A DNA stretch of 64,000 nt from Camelus dromedarius (taxonomy: Eukaryota), in NCBI RefSeq assembly GCF_036321535.1, contig NC_087436.1, forward strand, positions 76,138,001 through 76,202,000, read 5' to 3'. Every line of letters starts with the position of its first letter. Position 1 is the first letter of the stretch. Below are positions 13,135-26,299 of the stretch, one piece after another. The notes under the pieces are model-generated. The model saw nothing but the letters and a program-made list of their open reading frames with translations. It ran no database searches and was not told where the DNA came from. The position numbers and the translations under genes are program-made.

Positions 13135-14718
13135 ATCTTTTATGAACATGAAGAAGTCAATACATTTAAGATTTAAATATTTTGATCATTTATGTACCTC
13201 TGTGTGTGTTGAGGGGGAATCAAGTGATTAACTCTATGAGAGTTTTATTTCTGTGTATTTGAGTAAGAGAAGTAAGTAACTATAACTTTTTTTAAAGGTG
13301 AAGTTATGGTTTCTAAAGCATTGGATTAATCTGAATTATGTGCTGTATGTATAATTAAAAGCATAAAGTATAGATGAACATTACAATTTCCCTGCCAGTG
13401 TTCTGCTCCTCAGCTTCTTCCTTTATTGCCTTAAACTTCCTGAAATATGGGGAAAAAATCTCTTTCCTCAGAAGATGTTGGAATCAGAGATTTTGAAAGG
13501 ACAAGAAACTATGTGGACCTTGAAGGCAAAATTGCTGACAGCGGGAGAGGAGGGGGAAAAAAAGAATGGAGAATAAGCAAACCTATAGCTTAACTAAACT
13601 ATTTGGGGGCAATGGGACCCATAATTACTTGGGCAGGGTAGTATGATTATATTTTCCATGTTGATTAAAAATTGTGGTTTTGGTTAATATTGCAGAATAT
13701 CTAGAACAGTGAATGTGTTTCAAAATTTTCCACATGATATTAGGTACTATTAGAGTGTTATGTTTGGGGATTTTTTGATAGTTACAAGGGCTAAACCCCT
13801 CTGGCCAACATGCGGTGCTTGTGAAAAGGAAGCCTGGCTCTCTCCCCCACATCATATACCTGCTGCTCCTACAGTATCCACGTCAGAGTGTAAAAGAGTT
13901 GGAGAAACAGCCCCAGTTGGCTAATACCCCCAATTTTAGATAACTTGAATCTACAGCACTTAGAGGACAAATTCATAATCTTCCACAAGTACATAATTTA
14001 AAAAACATAGTCCTTTCTTATTCTGGGAAAATGAGATTGTTAATTGTAAGCAATTTAAAATCTTTTTATGTTTTAGGATAGCTAAGCACAGTGACCTAGT
14101 ACCTTGCAATGTTAATCCTCTTGGGAAAAATGCATAGGATGATTTTGAAGATTAAATGAATTGTGATGGGGATTTATACATTTGTTAAAGTAGCAGTATG
14201 AGGTAGAGGACCCGAGTACACTGCATCCTAAGGAGTCAGTTATTTGATTTGTTGCTCTGTCCTGTTTTTACTTACATTCAGAGAACTAAACTGATCTCTG
14301 CTTTGGTAGACATCTTACTCTCCCTAAGGAAAGACATAAAGCAAACTGACATGCTTTATAGTACAGGAGGGATTTTAGACATAGAATTCCACTCTCTGGA
14401 TATATTTTATCTGTATAGACATTAGATGATATGCTCCAAGTCTACATTCTGCTATGTCATTTAATTGCTAGATTCAGCACTTATAGAATGTATAATAGCA
14501 ATTATATAATGTGTAATAGTAAACTCTGGTACATTTCTGAGCATTCTGTTTTTCCATCAAGTAGGGAACCATATTTCCTGCCAATTATGACAGTATGAAT
14601 GTCCAAATAATGAAGATGACTCTCCTACATTTGCCCATCATGTAGTCATAATTTAATTTGGTCATAAATTTGTAGATGGCAAAATTATGCACTTGAAAAT
14701 CCATTTTATTTACTTTTT

Positions 14719-16080
14719 AAAAATTGAAGTATAGCTGATTTACAATATTAGTTCCAGAAGTATAGCATAGTGATTTGATATTTTTATAAATTATACTCCA
14801 TTTAAAGTTATTATAAAATATTGTCTATATTCCCTGTGCTATATGTTATATACTTGTGGCTTATTTATTTTATACCTAGTAGTTTGTACCTCTTAATTCT
14901 CCACCCCTATCTTGCCCCTTCTCCCACCCCTTTCCCCACTGATAACCCCTAGTTTGTTCTCTGTATCTGTGAGTCTGTTTATGTTTTGTTATATTCAGTG
15001 ATTTGTTTTAATTTTTTAGATTCTTCATGTAGGTAAAAACATACATTATATGTCTTTGACATACTTTGCTAAGTATAATACCCTCCAGGTCCATCCATAT
15101 TGTTGCAAATGGCAAAATTTCATTCTTCTGTATGACTATGTATTATTCTGTTATGTACATATCTGCTTTATCCATTTGTCTGTTGATGGACACTTAGGTT
15201 ATTTCCATATCTTGGCTACTGTAAATAATGCTGCTGTGAACATTTGGGTGTATATATCTTTTGAATTTGTGTTTTCTTTTTCTTCAGATAAATACCCAAG
15301 AGTGGAATTGCTGAATCATATGTTAGTTCTATTTTTAAGTTTTTGAAGAACCTTCATACCATTTTCCATAGTGGCTGTACCAATTTGGATTCCTATCAAT
15401 AGCATTCTAGGATTCCCTTCTCTCCACATCCTCACCAACATTTTTTATTTGTGGTTTTTTTGACAGTAGTCATTCTGACAGGTGTGAGGTGATATCCCAC
15501 TGTGGTTTTGATTTTGTTTCCCTGATGATTAGCGATGATGAGCATCCTTTCATGTGCCTGTTGGCCATCTGCATGTCTTCTTTGGAAAAATGTCTATTCA
15601 GATCTTATGTGCATTTTTTTTGATACTGAGTTGTATGAGCTCTTTATATATTTTAGATATTAACCCCTTATCAGACATCATTTTCAAATATCTTCTCCCA
15701 TTCATTAAGTTGTCTTTTTGTTTTGTTGATGGCTTCCTTCATTGTGCAAAAGCTTTTATGTTTTATCAGATCCCATTTGTTTATTTTTGCTTTTGTTTCC
15801 CTTGCTTGAGGAGACAGATCCAAAAAAATATTGCTAATATTGTGTCAAAACTGTACTGCCTATTTTTTTCCTCTAGGAGTTTCAGGGTTTCTGGTCTTAC
15901 ATTTGGGTCTTTAATCTATTTTGAATCTTTTTTTTTTTTTTTTGTATACAGTGTGAGAAAATGTTCTAATTCCAGTCTTTTACTGTCCAGTTTTCCTAGC
16001 ACCACTTATTGAAGAGACTATCTTTTCCTCATTGTATATTTTTGCCCCCTTTGTTGTAGATTAATTATATGTACATGGGT
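14719..16080 (-). mobile_element. 5'-truncated L1 (3' UTR plus ORF2 C-terminus)
   Basis: Antisense 3' end 'attgaagtatagctgatttacaat'; 17-bp TSD cattttatttacttttt (14702-14718) / catttcatttacttttt (16081-16097), one mismatch. Confidence 0.92.
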
Positions 16081-16119
16081 CATTTCATTTACTTTTTTTC
16101 CCTCCTGTTCAGCTTTATT

Positions 16120-16182
16120 ATTTTTTTAACCTTTGCATTAAAAAAAATGAAGTATAGTCAATTTACAATGTGTCAATTTCTA
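16120..16182 (-). mobile_element. Very short L1 3'-terminal remnant
   Basis: 'tgaagtatagtcaatttacaatgtgtcaatttct' matches the extreme 3' end of the young L1 near 44880. Confidence 0.55.
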
Positions 16183-17049
16183 AGTTAAGCTTGGAAGTAG
16201 GCATTTCTCCAAGACACAATCCCCAAGACTTTCTATAATTTACTTTTGAGGAATCCTTTGTTTCTGGGTTATCCTCCACCAAAAAACAAACAAACAAAAA
16301 CAAAAACAGAAAAACAAACTCCTAAACTTTCTGTATAAATACTGAACAACAGAAGTACATTTTGTGGTTATTTCATTCGGTCTTGAGATTTTGTGCATGT
16401 CAGTGTAGGCATAGTAAAAATACCAATTCTTTACAAATAATTTGTTGATTGGAGGACCAATTTCCTTTTTAAAATGTTTATATTTGATTATGAAATATTT
16501 GAAGATTAATTTCCCCAAACAATGGAAGAGAGATCTATAAGCCCACAATGTTAATGAAACAGATACCAACATTTTGCTATAACTGCCACAGATTTCTGTT
16601 TTTAAAGCCATAAGATATTACAGGTAGATAAGATCCCTCCCTCATTCATTTCTCTTTCTCTTCTCTCCAAACATAACATCACTAGTATGATGTTGGTGTA
16701 AACCTTTACTGCCAAGTTTTATATTTTTACTACATATGCTTGTATCTCCAGACATGTTTTGGCTTTTCTTTGGCTATTTTGAAGAGTTACTTAAATGACA
16801 TTATGGATTTAGTTTTGGTAGTGTTAAATGAAGTTCTATTGTTTTAATTATGGAGGTTTTATAAGAAGTTCAGGTGTGGATAAGGTTTTTCAGGTGTTGT
16901 TCCTTTGATACACCTCCTTTACTAATGTTCCTTTTGATCTAAACATTTGTGAACCAAGCAGACAAGATTATCTGAGATCCATATATCTTATGTATAGTGG
17001 TGACATAGGTATAAGATGATTGAATTGCTGTTCTAAACAAATGGAAAGT

Positions 17050-17715
17050 ATGATGCACATAGAAATCTTTGTCCATAGCAATTGTGAAATTTATGTCAGC
17101 ACATTTTTCCAGTTCCTTGACTGGGGTCCGGTCCTACTTTGTGTGAACTTTTGCCTGTAGCTGTTGACTCCACCCTCTAAGTCATTCTTCTTTTCATGTA
17201 ATAAATGGCCCATGATTACAACTTGGATATTTATCTTAGCCTGCTTTCTGCAGAAAAAACTCTGGGAGTCCAAAATCTTTTTTGCATTTTTTAATGTTTC
17301 TGTTCGTTTTAATTGAACTTGGTAATGTTTATTACAGAACAATTACTGTAAATTTTTGTGGTTTTTTTATTGGGTATTCATTTTATTTTTTTCCCCCTAA
17401 GGACTAGCTTTGGGATACATTATTCATCCTACTGTTTTTGTTCTCTAATTCATTAATTTATGCCTTTATCTTCATTATTCCCCTTATTTTGCTCTCCTAA
17501 GGTTAATTTTGTAGTTATTTTTATTTTTTAACATAAGTATTTTATGCTGTATATTTTCCTTAGCTCAGTGGTTTAGCTGTATCCTATGTATTGTATGTTC
17601 ATATACATTCAGCAATGTTGGTTTGGATTTCCTCTTTGACTTATGATTTGAACAATATTTTAACTTTATTTTTCAAATTCCCCAGAAGTGAGACTTTCTT
17701 TGATTTTGTATTTGT
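17050..17715 (-). mobile_element. Degraded L1ME ORF2 fragments
   Basis: 'ggactagctttggg...ctaattcattaatttatgcctttatcttcattattcccc' antisense ORF2 motif. Confidence 0.5.
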
Positions 17716-17719
17716 CAAT

Positions 17720-18267
17720 TATCAACTGCCCAGAAGTCCACCAGAAAACCTGACAATAAAGCAAAGCTAAAGTTATATGACCTATTGTAGGAAGGGAGAA
17801 CACCACTTTGCTATGACCTTTGTACTGTATTAGAAGGAGGAGATCAGTGGAAGATTTGTATAGGGTTTTCAGTTCTGGGTTCAAATGGTTTAAGATAGGT
17901 CTTTGAGTAGGAAAGTGATTTGAATTGGGCAAACTTCACGACGTAATGGTTTAATATTGAGGATATAATGAGGTTAGAGTCATGAAGAGAGTCTTGATAA
18001 GTAAACTATTGTTTGATAGTTAAACTGTTTGCCTGCATAAATATTCTATTGTAATGACACAAAAGATATTTGCCCAGAGCTATTTTCCTGGACAAATTGG
18101 TTTGCAAGAATTTCCTGAAATTAATGATATAGTTATTTTTTGGTCTATAGCTTTATATTCCTGGTCAAGAATTTCCTGGAACAAATAGTAAAGTCATGTG
18201 GACACTGTTCTCAGACCTGATAATTAAGATACATAGAAGTAGGTAGTCTCAGATTTTATTATTGTCA
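17720..18267 (-). mobile_element. Ancient ERV LTR (LTR78-like, tentative)
   Basis: 'gataagtaaactattgtttgatag' and repeated 'aagaatttcctg'; ends 'tgtca'; family name from memory. Confidence 0.45.
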
Positions 18268-18329
18268 TCTAATTTTGTCATATTATCTTCAGAAAATATC
18301 ATATTACTTCCTATTGTTAGCATCTAATT

Positions 18330-19010
18330 GATCATTGTCAGCTTTTTTTCTTTCTACATGGCATTTCTTAGAGATCTCATCTAGCCTCTTATTTCAAGTT
18401 TTATTATATTTAGATGATTCTATAATCTATCTCCAAAGTATATCTTCTGATTTTGTTTATTTACTCATTTATTAACAGGAATTTATAAAGTGCTTACCAG
18501 GTGCATTTTACTACAATTGAATTATGAACTTGCATCTCTGTTAGACATTTCTATTCTAACTGGATTTTTTAAGCGATTTTTTTCCCCTAAATCAGTTTTT
18601 TCTTTCTATTTTTTTTTTTTTTAGTTAATGGCACTACCACTCACTTAAATTCAAAAACTTAAGTTAGCCTTGACTCATTTTTATTCTTCTTCACTATTAA
18701 ATCTATTAATTATTCCTTCCAAATATTGGTTTATTCTCTCCAGTCCTACTGCCACAGTTCTTGATCAGCATCTATTATCTTGCACCTGGACTTCTGTAAT
18801 AGCTTTCTAATTGATCCTCTTGACTTTATAGACTTTCAGTGTCCCTAATTTCATGATTTACACTGAAGTTCATATTCATCAGCCTTTTCATTGCCTATAA
18901 GATAAAGGTTCACGATAGTTTGGCCTTGGCTTCCTTTGTAATATCAATCTCGAACATGAGGTCACTATTTCAGCTTAACAGGTCTATTCACCAGCTCCTG
19001 AAAAACCTTA
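18330..19010 (+). mobile_element. L2 fragments
   Basis: 'gttaatggcactaccactcac', 'tcttgcacctggacttctgtaatagctttctaattgatc'. Confidence 0.65.
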
Positions 19011-19109
19011 GACTTTCCAATTTTCTTTGCCTGGTTCTTAGGAGGATGCAGTAGAAGCTGGGTAATAATGGTATAGTTTGAAACTGTCTTCTCATATTCT
19101 CCTTTGGAT

Positions 19110-19232
19110 TACATTTATACTTTGGGTTATAATTCAATACTATTTTATTTTATTGTTCAAACTGTTAGCAGTTTGGCCTTTGGGAACTCATATTTTTCTT
19201 TGCATATCCCCATCAACTTGTATGTGTGTGTA

Positions 19233-19263
<31 letters not shown>

Positions 19264-20410
19264 TTACTTTTTGGCAGTAAAAGATGCTCCATCTCATCTT
19301 GTATATTCTCTGCCCTAGTCCTAGAATTAGCCATTTCTACAAGGAGCTATGGTTTCTTTTATTGAAAAATGGTATTAGAAGCCAAGATCTGGGTGCAAAG
19401 TCTGCTTGTTGCTACTTGATGTCATTTCTTTTAGGCCTTCTCAGCAGATGGAGCAAAGAATGTGTATCTATAAATATTTATGTATGTAACCATATGTATC
19501 TGTATTCCAACTGTAAGAAACCTGGTTCCTACCATCTCCTATCCATTTAGTTAGTTATTAAATTCTAGTGTACTTGTACAGCAATTCCACAATTGTTAAC
19601 CCTATACCTGTGTGAAACAACTTTATCAACTAGAGTACAGTGATTATGGGCCATTTGTTTGCCTTTTAGTCTTCCCAACTCCATTAATTTCCAAAGCTAT
19701 TTAAGTTAGTATCTTTTCCCACATGCCCTTCAGTGAGATTGTTTCATACCTTTGTCATATAGTTAGATTCTCTTACCATTCCTTCCTGGAATCTCCTGAC
19801 TTCCTAAATGATTTTCTAAAGATTTTCATACATTAAGTTTCACTCTTTGTGCTGCCAAGTTCTATGGGTTTTGATATATGGTCCCATATCCACCATTACA
19901 GTGTCATACAGAATAGTTTCAGTGCCCTAAAAAAAATCCCCTGTGCTTTATGTCTTCAATCTATCCTCCCTCCCCTAAACTCCCTATAATCACTGATCCT
20001 TTTATTGTCTCTATAGTTTTTCCTTTTCCAGAATGTCATATAATTAAAATTGGAATCACATAGTATATAGCTTTTTCAGACTGACTTCTTTCACTAAGCA
20101 ATATGCATTTAAAATTCATTCATATCTTTTTGTTATTTGATAGCTCATTTCTTTTTATTACTAAGTAATATTCAGTTGTAAGGATGAGACACAGTTTGTT
20201 TATTCACCTATTGAAGGATGTCTTGGTTGTTTCTCATTTTTGGCAATTACAGTTAAAGCTATAAACATTCATGTCCAGGTTTTTGTGGGGCATAAAATTT
20301 CAAATCAGATGTGTAAATATCCAGGACTGATTGTTGGATTCTATGGTAAGACTGTTTAACTTTGTAAGAAACTGCCAAATTGTCTTCCAAAGTGGCTTTA
20401 TCTGCTTCAT
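19110..20410 (-). mobile_element. L1MD/L1MC-like 3' end
   Basis: 'ctagaattagccatttctacaaggagc', 'ttttccagaatgtcatata', 'aagaaactgccaaattgtcttccaaagtggc'. Confidence 0.8.
19220..19257. repeat. (TG)n microsatellite
   Basis: Read directly. Confidence 0.95.
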
Positions 20411-20484
20411 AGTTTTTAGAGAACAAATCCTTTGAACAATTTTCCCAAATTACTTTTGTGACAGAGTAAGTCATAGAATTATCA

Positions 20485-21250
20485 TGGGGTAGTGGTTAAT
20501 TGCACTGACTTTGGAACAAGAATGCTTGGGTTCAAGTCTTGATTCTGTTACCCAAAAGGAAAATGGAATAGACCCCAATTCTTGTCTTACCCAAAAGATA
20601 AGATTTACAGATGGGAGATGGAAAGTGTTTTGTAGCAAAAAAATTTTTAAAGATTTATTTGGGAAAAGAAGAGTATGCTTCTAAGAGCAGGAGGTGGGCT
20701 GATTCAAGGGGAGTCAAGGTGTTCTTGTTTCCACTTTCTCTTATACCCTTGCTTAGAGGTGGTCTTTTGATTGATTGAGGGCTCTTGTCCCTGGAGTGCT
20801 TAGTCTTGTTTAATCCCTTTGCGCATGTCCTTACTCATAGTATATATGGAAAAACTCAAGGGTAGGGGCTAATTCGCAGTGTTAATTATAGTACAATGAA
20901 CATTAGGTCATGTCCAGTAAAGTCCTTTTCACTATACCACGCAGTCTGTTGGGTCTTACGCAGTGTCTTGCTGGCGCTCATTAAGGAAAAGTAAAGACCC
21001 TTTGTGCTGAAGGTGAGCATAATATCATCTTCTGGACCATCCCCCTCTCCTCCACCTATCTGCCTGGTGCCCCCACTTATCTAACTACCTAGCATTTCTG
21101 CCATTTAGTAAGTATGTGACTTTCATCCTCACCTCATGGGTAATCTCTCTGCCTCAGTTTCATTACCTGTAAACTGAGAATTATAGTATCTCCCAAGTTT
21201 TGTAAGGATTAAATTAGATAACATGAGTTTGGCATACAGTGAGATGTTAA
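20485..21250 (+). mobile_element. MIR SINE split by an LTR insertion (20485-20545 and 21095-21250)
   Basis: 'gtagtggttaa...gggttcaagtcttgattc' continues after the LTR as 'tgccatttag...ctctctgcctcagtttcattacctgtaaa'. Confidence 0.8.
20546..21094 (-). mobile_element. ERV1-class solo LTR, copy B (same family as 8227-8767)
   Basis: TG...CA ends; TSD attc/tttc; reverse complement shares 'ccagggacaagagcc' and 'tcaatcaaaagaccacctctaagc' with copy A. Confidence 0.9.
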
Positions 21251-22403
21251 TTGTTCTTTTTCATTTTCTCTCAATACTTTGCTTTAGATTTATTTGAAGA
21301 GACTTCTCGGCTCTACCTCATTTCCCATCTCCCCCAGCCTCTCAGAACAGGAACCAGGTCTTTATTCCTAAAGTTTAGCTTCTCCTTATGAGGTGGGGGA
21401 AAAATGGTAGCAGGAAAGTCTTAATAGCATTTTGTTTCAGACTCATTAAGGCAATTCAATGGATTATACAAGAATAGAATCTACCCTAGAGGAGACTGCA
21501 GGGAGAGTGGCCTAAACCAGAATGGTGTTAGACCTGGGCCACCACTGACTGCCCTATACTAGATTTCTGTGTAAATTAGAAAAAGGCTCACTCTCTGGGC
21601 AGCTACAACCCAGAGCCAAGACACAAGGCTTAGCCAGGGAAGCAGGGCTGGATTCCAGCTCCCCCACATACCACCTAACCAGGTCCAATTGTGCAGTTCA
21701 CATGCTGCACAACTTAAGGGTTGGCTCACCTAGGGGACAGGAGACACGATTGTGGGTTCCTTGTAGGATAAGTGCATGGATCAAGTCCATTGGAACACAG
21801 CATCTCAGAAATACTTGGAGATCCAGGCCAGGGAATGGTTGTAGGATAACAAGGAAGAGTGAGTCACCAAACACTGGGCTTTGGGAAAGAATGATGCTGC
21901 CATCAAAAACTATCAGCCCACATAAGGACCATGTTGTCCCAGTAAAAAGCTAAGCACGTGAGAAACACTGCAGATAGAACTACAAAGTGAGTGGACAACG
22001 GAAAATCAGTGTCTGAACAAGCATTGAATCACCATGTGAAGAAAAGGTAGTCGAGTTGGTTATAGACTGAGAGACTTCTCCTGTTATACATCGAAGTTTT
22101 TGTGACTCTCCCATGACTGTAGAAAAATGAAAGGTACCCCTAAAGAATGATTGATTGGAATATCTGTAGACTTTAGTGGGTGAAAGCATAGATTTGGAGA
22201 ACAAAGAGAAATGGCAAGTTTCTTTCACTCAAGCCTTATGCTTTGCTGTCAGTAAAATATGGACATACGTTTTTAAAATAGACTAAACGAATCAAATTGT
22301 GTAGCAGTTTCCTGAACAGATAAGTTGAGTTCTACTTGAACTGTTATTTGACTTTCTCCCCCCAAATTTTATTTCTAAGTTCCTTTTCTAAGCTTCTTGC
22401 TCA

Positions 22404-22510
22404 GTGGGAAGTGTAATGCAAATATTTTCAGATGAGTCACCTCCCTTTGTAACCGATTTCTTAATATTTTGACTTTCTGGCTGGGAGCCTGCCAAAACAA
22501 GGCGTGCCTT
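22404..22510. promoter_or_regulatory. Candidate enhancer (octamer, AP-1, SOX-like motifs)
   Basis: ATGCAAAT 22416-22423, TGAGTCA 22433-22439, CTTTGT 22445-22450, in TE-free DNA. Confidence 0.3.
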
Positions 22511-23879
22511 GTGCGAGGATGGAGAGGATACAAATAGGACACAGAGGATATCTTTTCCATAAGACGGTCAGACACCCAACTCTAGCTGAAAGCATCAGGA
22601 ATCCCATTATTCCCATAATCTGTCTTTAGTTCCATTATGTAAAATTTTTAATGGAAAAAGTTTTACTTCATTTTAGTCAAAGATATTTTAATTTAAAAGA
22701 ATTTTTGTTTGGGGGCATTTGCTTCCCATTACACTGCCAAATATCTATTGTTATATTCACAGTGCAGTGCTCTTTTTGACAGTGAGAGTTCATGAGTCTA
22801 CCTTGTTATTGGTGCCATATAGCTTTTTACATAAATCTTTAAAGATACCCCTGAGGGTATCCTAAGCATCCAGGCGCCCTGATATTCCATCAGCTCTGTA
22901 ACAGGTGCAGAAAAGCGTGTGAAAGATGTGCAGTTCTCTCCAAGTGTTTGATTTAACTCTTTGGGGGCAAGAGTATAACCTTCTTATATTACACAATCTA
23001 TACATACTATTTAATGACACATGAGACCAGTAAATTAATTTAAAAATCAGTTTGGTTGCTATTTCTCATCATTATGAAAAACTGTGTTGTCTTACAAGGA
23101 GGTTTTGACATTAGATTTGATGTCTCACCACAACACACAGATTCAGCCTTCTAAGTGAAAATGCTGCTTAACACATTTCAACCTTTATATCCATATTATA
23201 TTCTGAATGTATCTTGTTACTGATAAAACATCTAATGTGGCATGTGAGACGTGGAGACATTTTCAGGTAATCCTATAATCTAAATATAAGGAGGTAATAC
23301 TCATTGGGTGGGAACTGATTCCCAAATAATCAGTTAACCATTTTGGAAATATTACAGAGAAAACCCTTTGTCCACAATTTCAAAACTTAATCATTCAGCG
23401 TTTAGCAAATTATACTAGAGATTGATTATGTTTGTTTGAAATCCTGTCTGTCCTTACCAGATAATACTGTATTTTAACAGATGTGGTTTGAAACAGACCA
23501 AGAAGAATGTTTGAAAGTTTCATTTACTATCTTTTATCCCCTCACATCTTCACCCACATGAAACTGAGTCACCCATACAAAACAGATTTTTTTTTCCCAA
23601 TACAAATAATTCATGCAAATAGATATCTATGAACCTTTAGCATAAGTGGGAATTAGCTAGTCTTGGAGGACATAGAAGATTATGTGCATCTAAAATAACA
23701 TTTATGAAAGCCTGAGAATGAGAGGGAAGAACACGTGCATTTAAGAAGCACAAATTCCACACTTCTTCAAAGGCTTATTTGAAAAATCTCTTAAAAAGGA
23801 AATCAGGAGTCCATTCAACTCAGCGGTAGAGTCCTGGATTAGAAGAAACAATTTCCAGTTCTAATACCACCCATGATTG

Positions 23880-23990
23880 ATTAAGTCAGTAATTTTGTCA
23901 TAAACATATAGTATATGTCAGACATTGTGCCAAACTCTAGGAACACTATAGTGAACAAGGCACAGTACCTAATCTCAAGAAATTACAACT
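23880..23990 (-). mobile_element. L2 3' fragment
   Basis: 'tatgtcagacattgtgccaaactctaggaacactatagtgaacaagg'. Confidence 0.55.
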
Positions 23991-25949
23991 ACTAGAGGAT
24001 ATAGAGAGAACCCTACAAAAATCTCCAGATTTACCAATCTCTTAGATGCAAATGAAGTTACATTAACTTCAGCGTCTGAATTTGGCATGAGGCTTATTGC
24101 TTCAAACCTGCATAACTTAGAGACCTCAGTTCTCCTTCTAAGCCTCCCGAGTTCCCTGAGAATTCCCAAGGGTGTCTCACATGTGCTCACAGAATCCTGT
24201 GTTCTCCTTTGGGTTCCTGCTAAGGCATTTCTGGCTGGTGCCTAACACCATCACTGCTAGAGTCACCTGTACAAGAATGCCACCTGCCCAGTGTTCAATT
24301 TCTCATATTCTCAGTCCTGCAAACTTGAGAGGATTTTGATGTATCCTCTGTTGGCACTAGGCAGGTGTGACACGCTGTTCTTCAACAGAATGTAAAACAT
24401 TTCCGAGCCTTTACCTGTATGTTGTGCCTTGTCACCTGGACTCCCAAGCGGTGCTGCTTACACCCCAGAGCCCACACAACTGTCAGTTTCAGTCCCTAGG
24501 GACAAGCTGGAGAAGAGATGCACATTCTGGTCTTCATTTTCCTCTCTTTCCTATCCCTGCTTAAAAAAAAAAAAGTCTTCTCACAGATCTTCTTCCCCCA
24601 GTGCAAAAAATTCACCCAAATAGATGCCTGCAAGTATCTAGCTAACAATTTAGCATACACAGAAACATTCCAGTTTGTAGATTAACAGCTAATTACAAAA
24701 TAGATCCTGACAAAAGTTATAACATATTTCACTTACCAGATTTTGGGGGGTGCTGAACCCAGGCTCAGGGAAGTAAGGGGGCAGGGCAGGAATTCTCCCT
24801 GAAAGACATGACAGCAAAGTTGAGAATCTGAGGATGAATGAGAATTAGCTAGGCTAAGAGGGCACATAAGATTATTTATGCAGTTAAAATCATGTTTATG
24901 AAGGCCCAGAGGGGAGAGAGAGAAGAATACATTATTTACGAAGTCCCAATTCATCCCTTCTTCAAAGGACCAGTCGGAAATCTTTTATTATGCTTTCTCC
25001 TCTAACTTCCTGTTGATCTATTTCTACCCCCTTTTTGCATTGATCACAGCCAGTCTTCTATTACAATTATATGTAAGCATATTTATTGCCTATTAATAGA
25101 AGATAAGCCCATTGTGGGTTCTGCTAAATTATTTTTCACATCCTCCATATTAATAAGCACAATGATCTGCATATAACAGATGCTTAATTAAAAGCAACAT
25201 ACTTGAAGTAGCTAAGGGTGCTTGGGATAAACATACATTTTTCATAAACTGACAGTGGCATGAAATGACTCGAATATATGTGATAGCATGCACAGTGGTT
25301 CTAGGTAAAAAGGAGAGGCTGGGCAAGATATTTCTTATCTGTTGGAATAGTTTCTTGGTGGTTAGTGTTATCAGAGCATTTATGAAACAGTGATCGAGAG
25401 ATCTCTTAGCTGTTTATATTCTAATTCTTAATTTATTAATACTGAATATCTACCTGAGCTAGGCACCCTTTTGTTTAAAAAATTAATGAAGTAGATGATT
25501 TATACAAAGTAATATATGACATATATAAAGCTTATACTACTAATAAAACAAAATTCATGTACCTGCCACATAGCTTAAGAAATGGAACATGACTAAATAT
25601 TATAATGAAAAGTTTATTTCCCTGACAAAATGACAAACCAGCATGGGCTGCTGGATTCCTCCTTTAGCTCTGGTGAAATTTTAGAACTCAGAACTAAAAT
25701 TATAGAAGAAAACTAACAATAGGCTGGAGGAGACCAAAGAACATGCCAGCATGCTGTATGCTATAGTACTTGTTTTATTAGGAAGAAAATTTAAGCTGGT
25801 CCTAAATTAAATCCATGTATCATAGAACATATATAGGGAATATGCATCAAGAGAATAAGAACACTCAATCTATCTAGTGGAAAGCAAGAATGGAGAAAAG
25901 CAAAGCAAAAAAAGTACAGAAAATAGAAAATGTTTTTCAATGATAGCAG

Positions 25950-26250
25950 TATTATGTTCTAAAATAATAGAATTACAATAAACACTAACAGGTTAACTTG
26001 GCCAACTAAAGATAGAGACTCTAAGATTTGATTTAAAATCAAAACATTCTCTACAGGAGTATCAGTTTTAAACAATATCAAGGGAATGTTGAAAATAAAA
26101 GCATGAGAAAGGATATATAAGTCAATATGAACCAAGGGAAAGCTGGGGTAACAGTTTAAAGTTTGACAAAATAGAATTTAAGGCAAAAATATATTTGATT
26201 AAGAAGCATATTGTATACTTCAGAAAGGAAGAATAGACTAAGAAGAACAT
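25950..26250 (+). mobile_element. Ancient L1 ORF2 5' (endonuclease) fragment
   Basis: 'aaagctggggtaacag...gacaaaatagaatttaaggcaaaaa' resembles the KAGVAILISDKIDFK-encoding region. Confidence 0.55.
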
Positions 26251-26299
26251 ACCTGTCTCTAAACCCCAGGGGGTATACAGATGTAAAAAGAGGAAAGAA

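Noticed and set aside
15050..16012. 98-aa and 152-aa hydrophobic plus-strand ORFs
   Set aside because: They are antisense readings of L1 ORF2 and 3' UTR, a common artefact; the ORFs at 35723, 36357 and 45439 are the same kind.
21689..21712. Hairpin ttgtgcag-N8-ctgcacaa
   Set aside because: It resembles the palindromic core of MER91-type hAT MITEs and is too short to call an RNA structure.
23481..23560. Acceptor-like ttttaacag followed by MWFETDQEECLK
   Set aside because: Weak pyrimidine tract, no donor, early stop and no recognisable homology.
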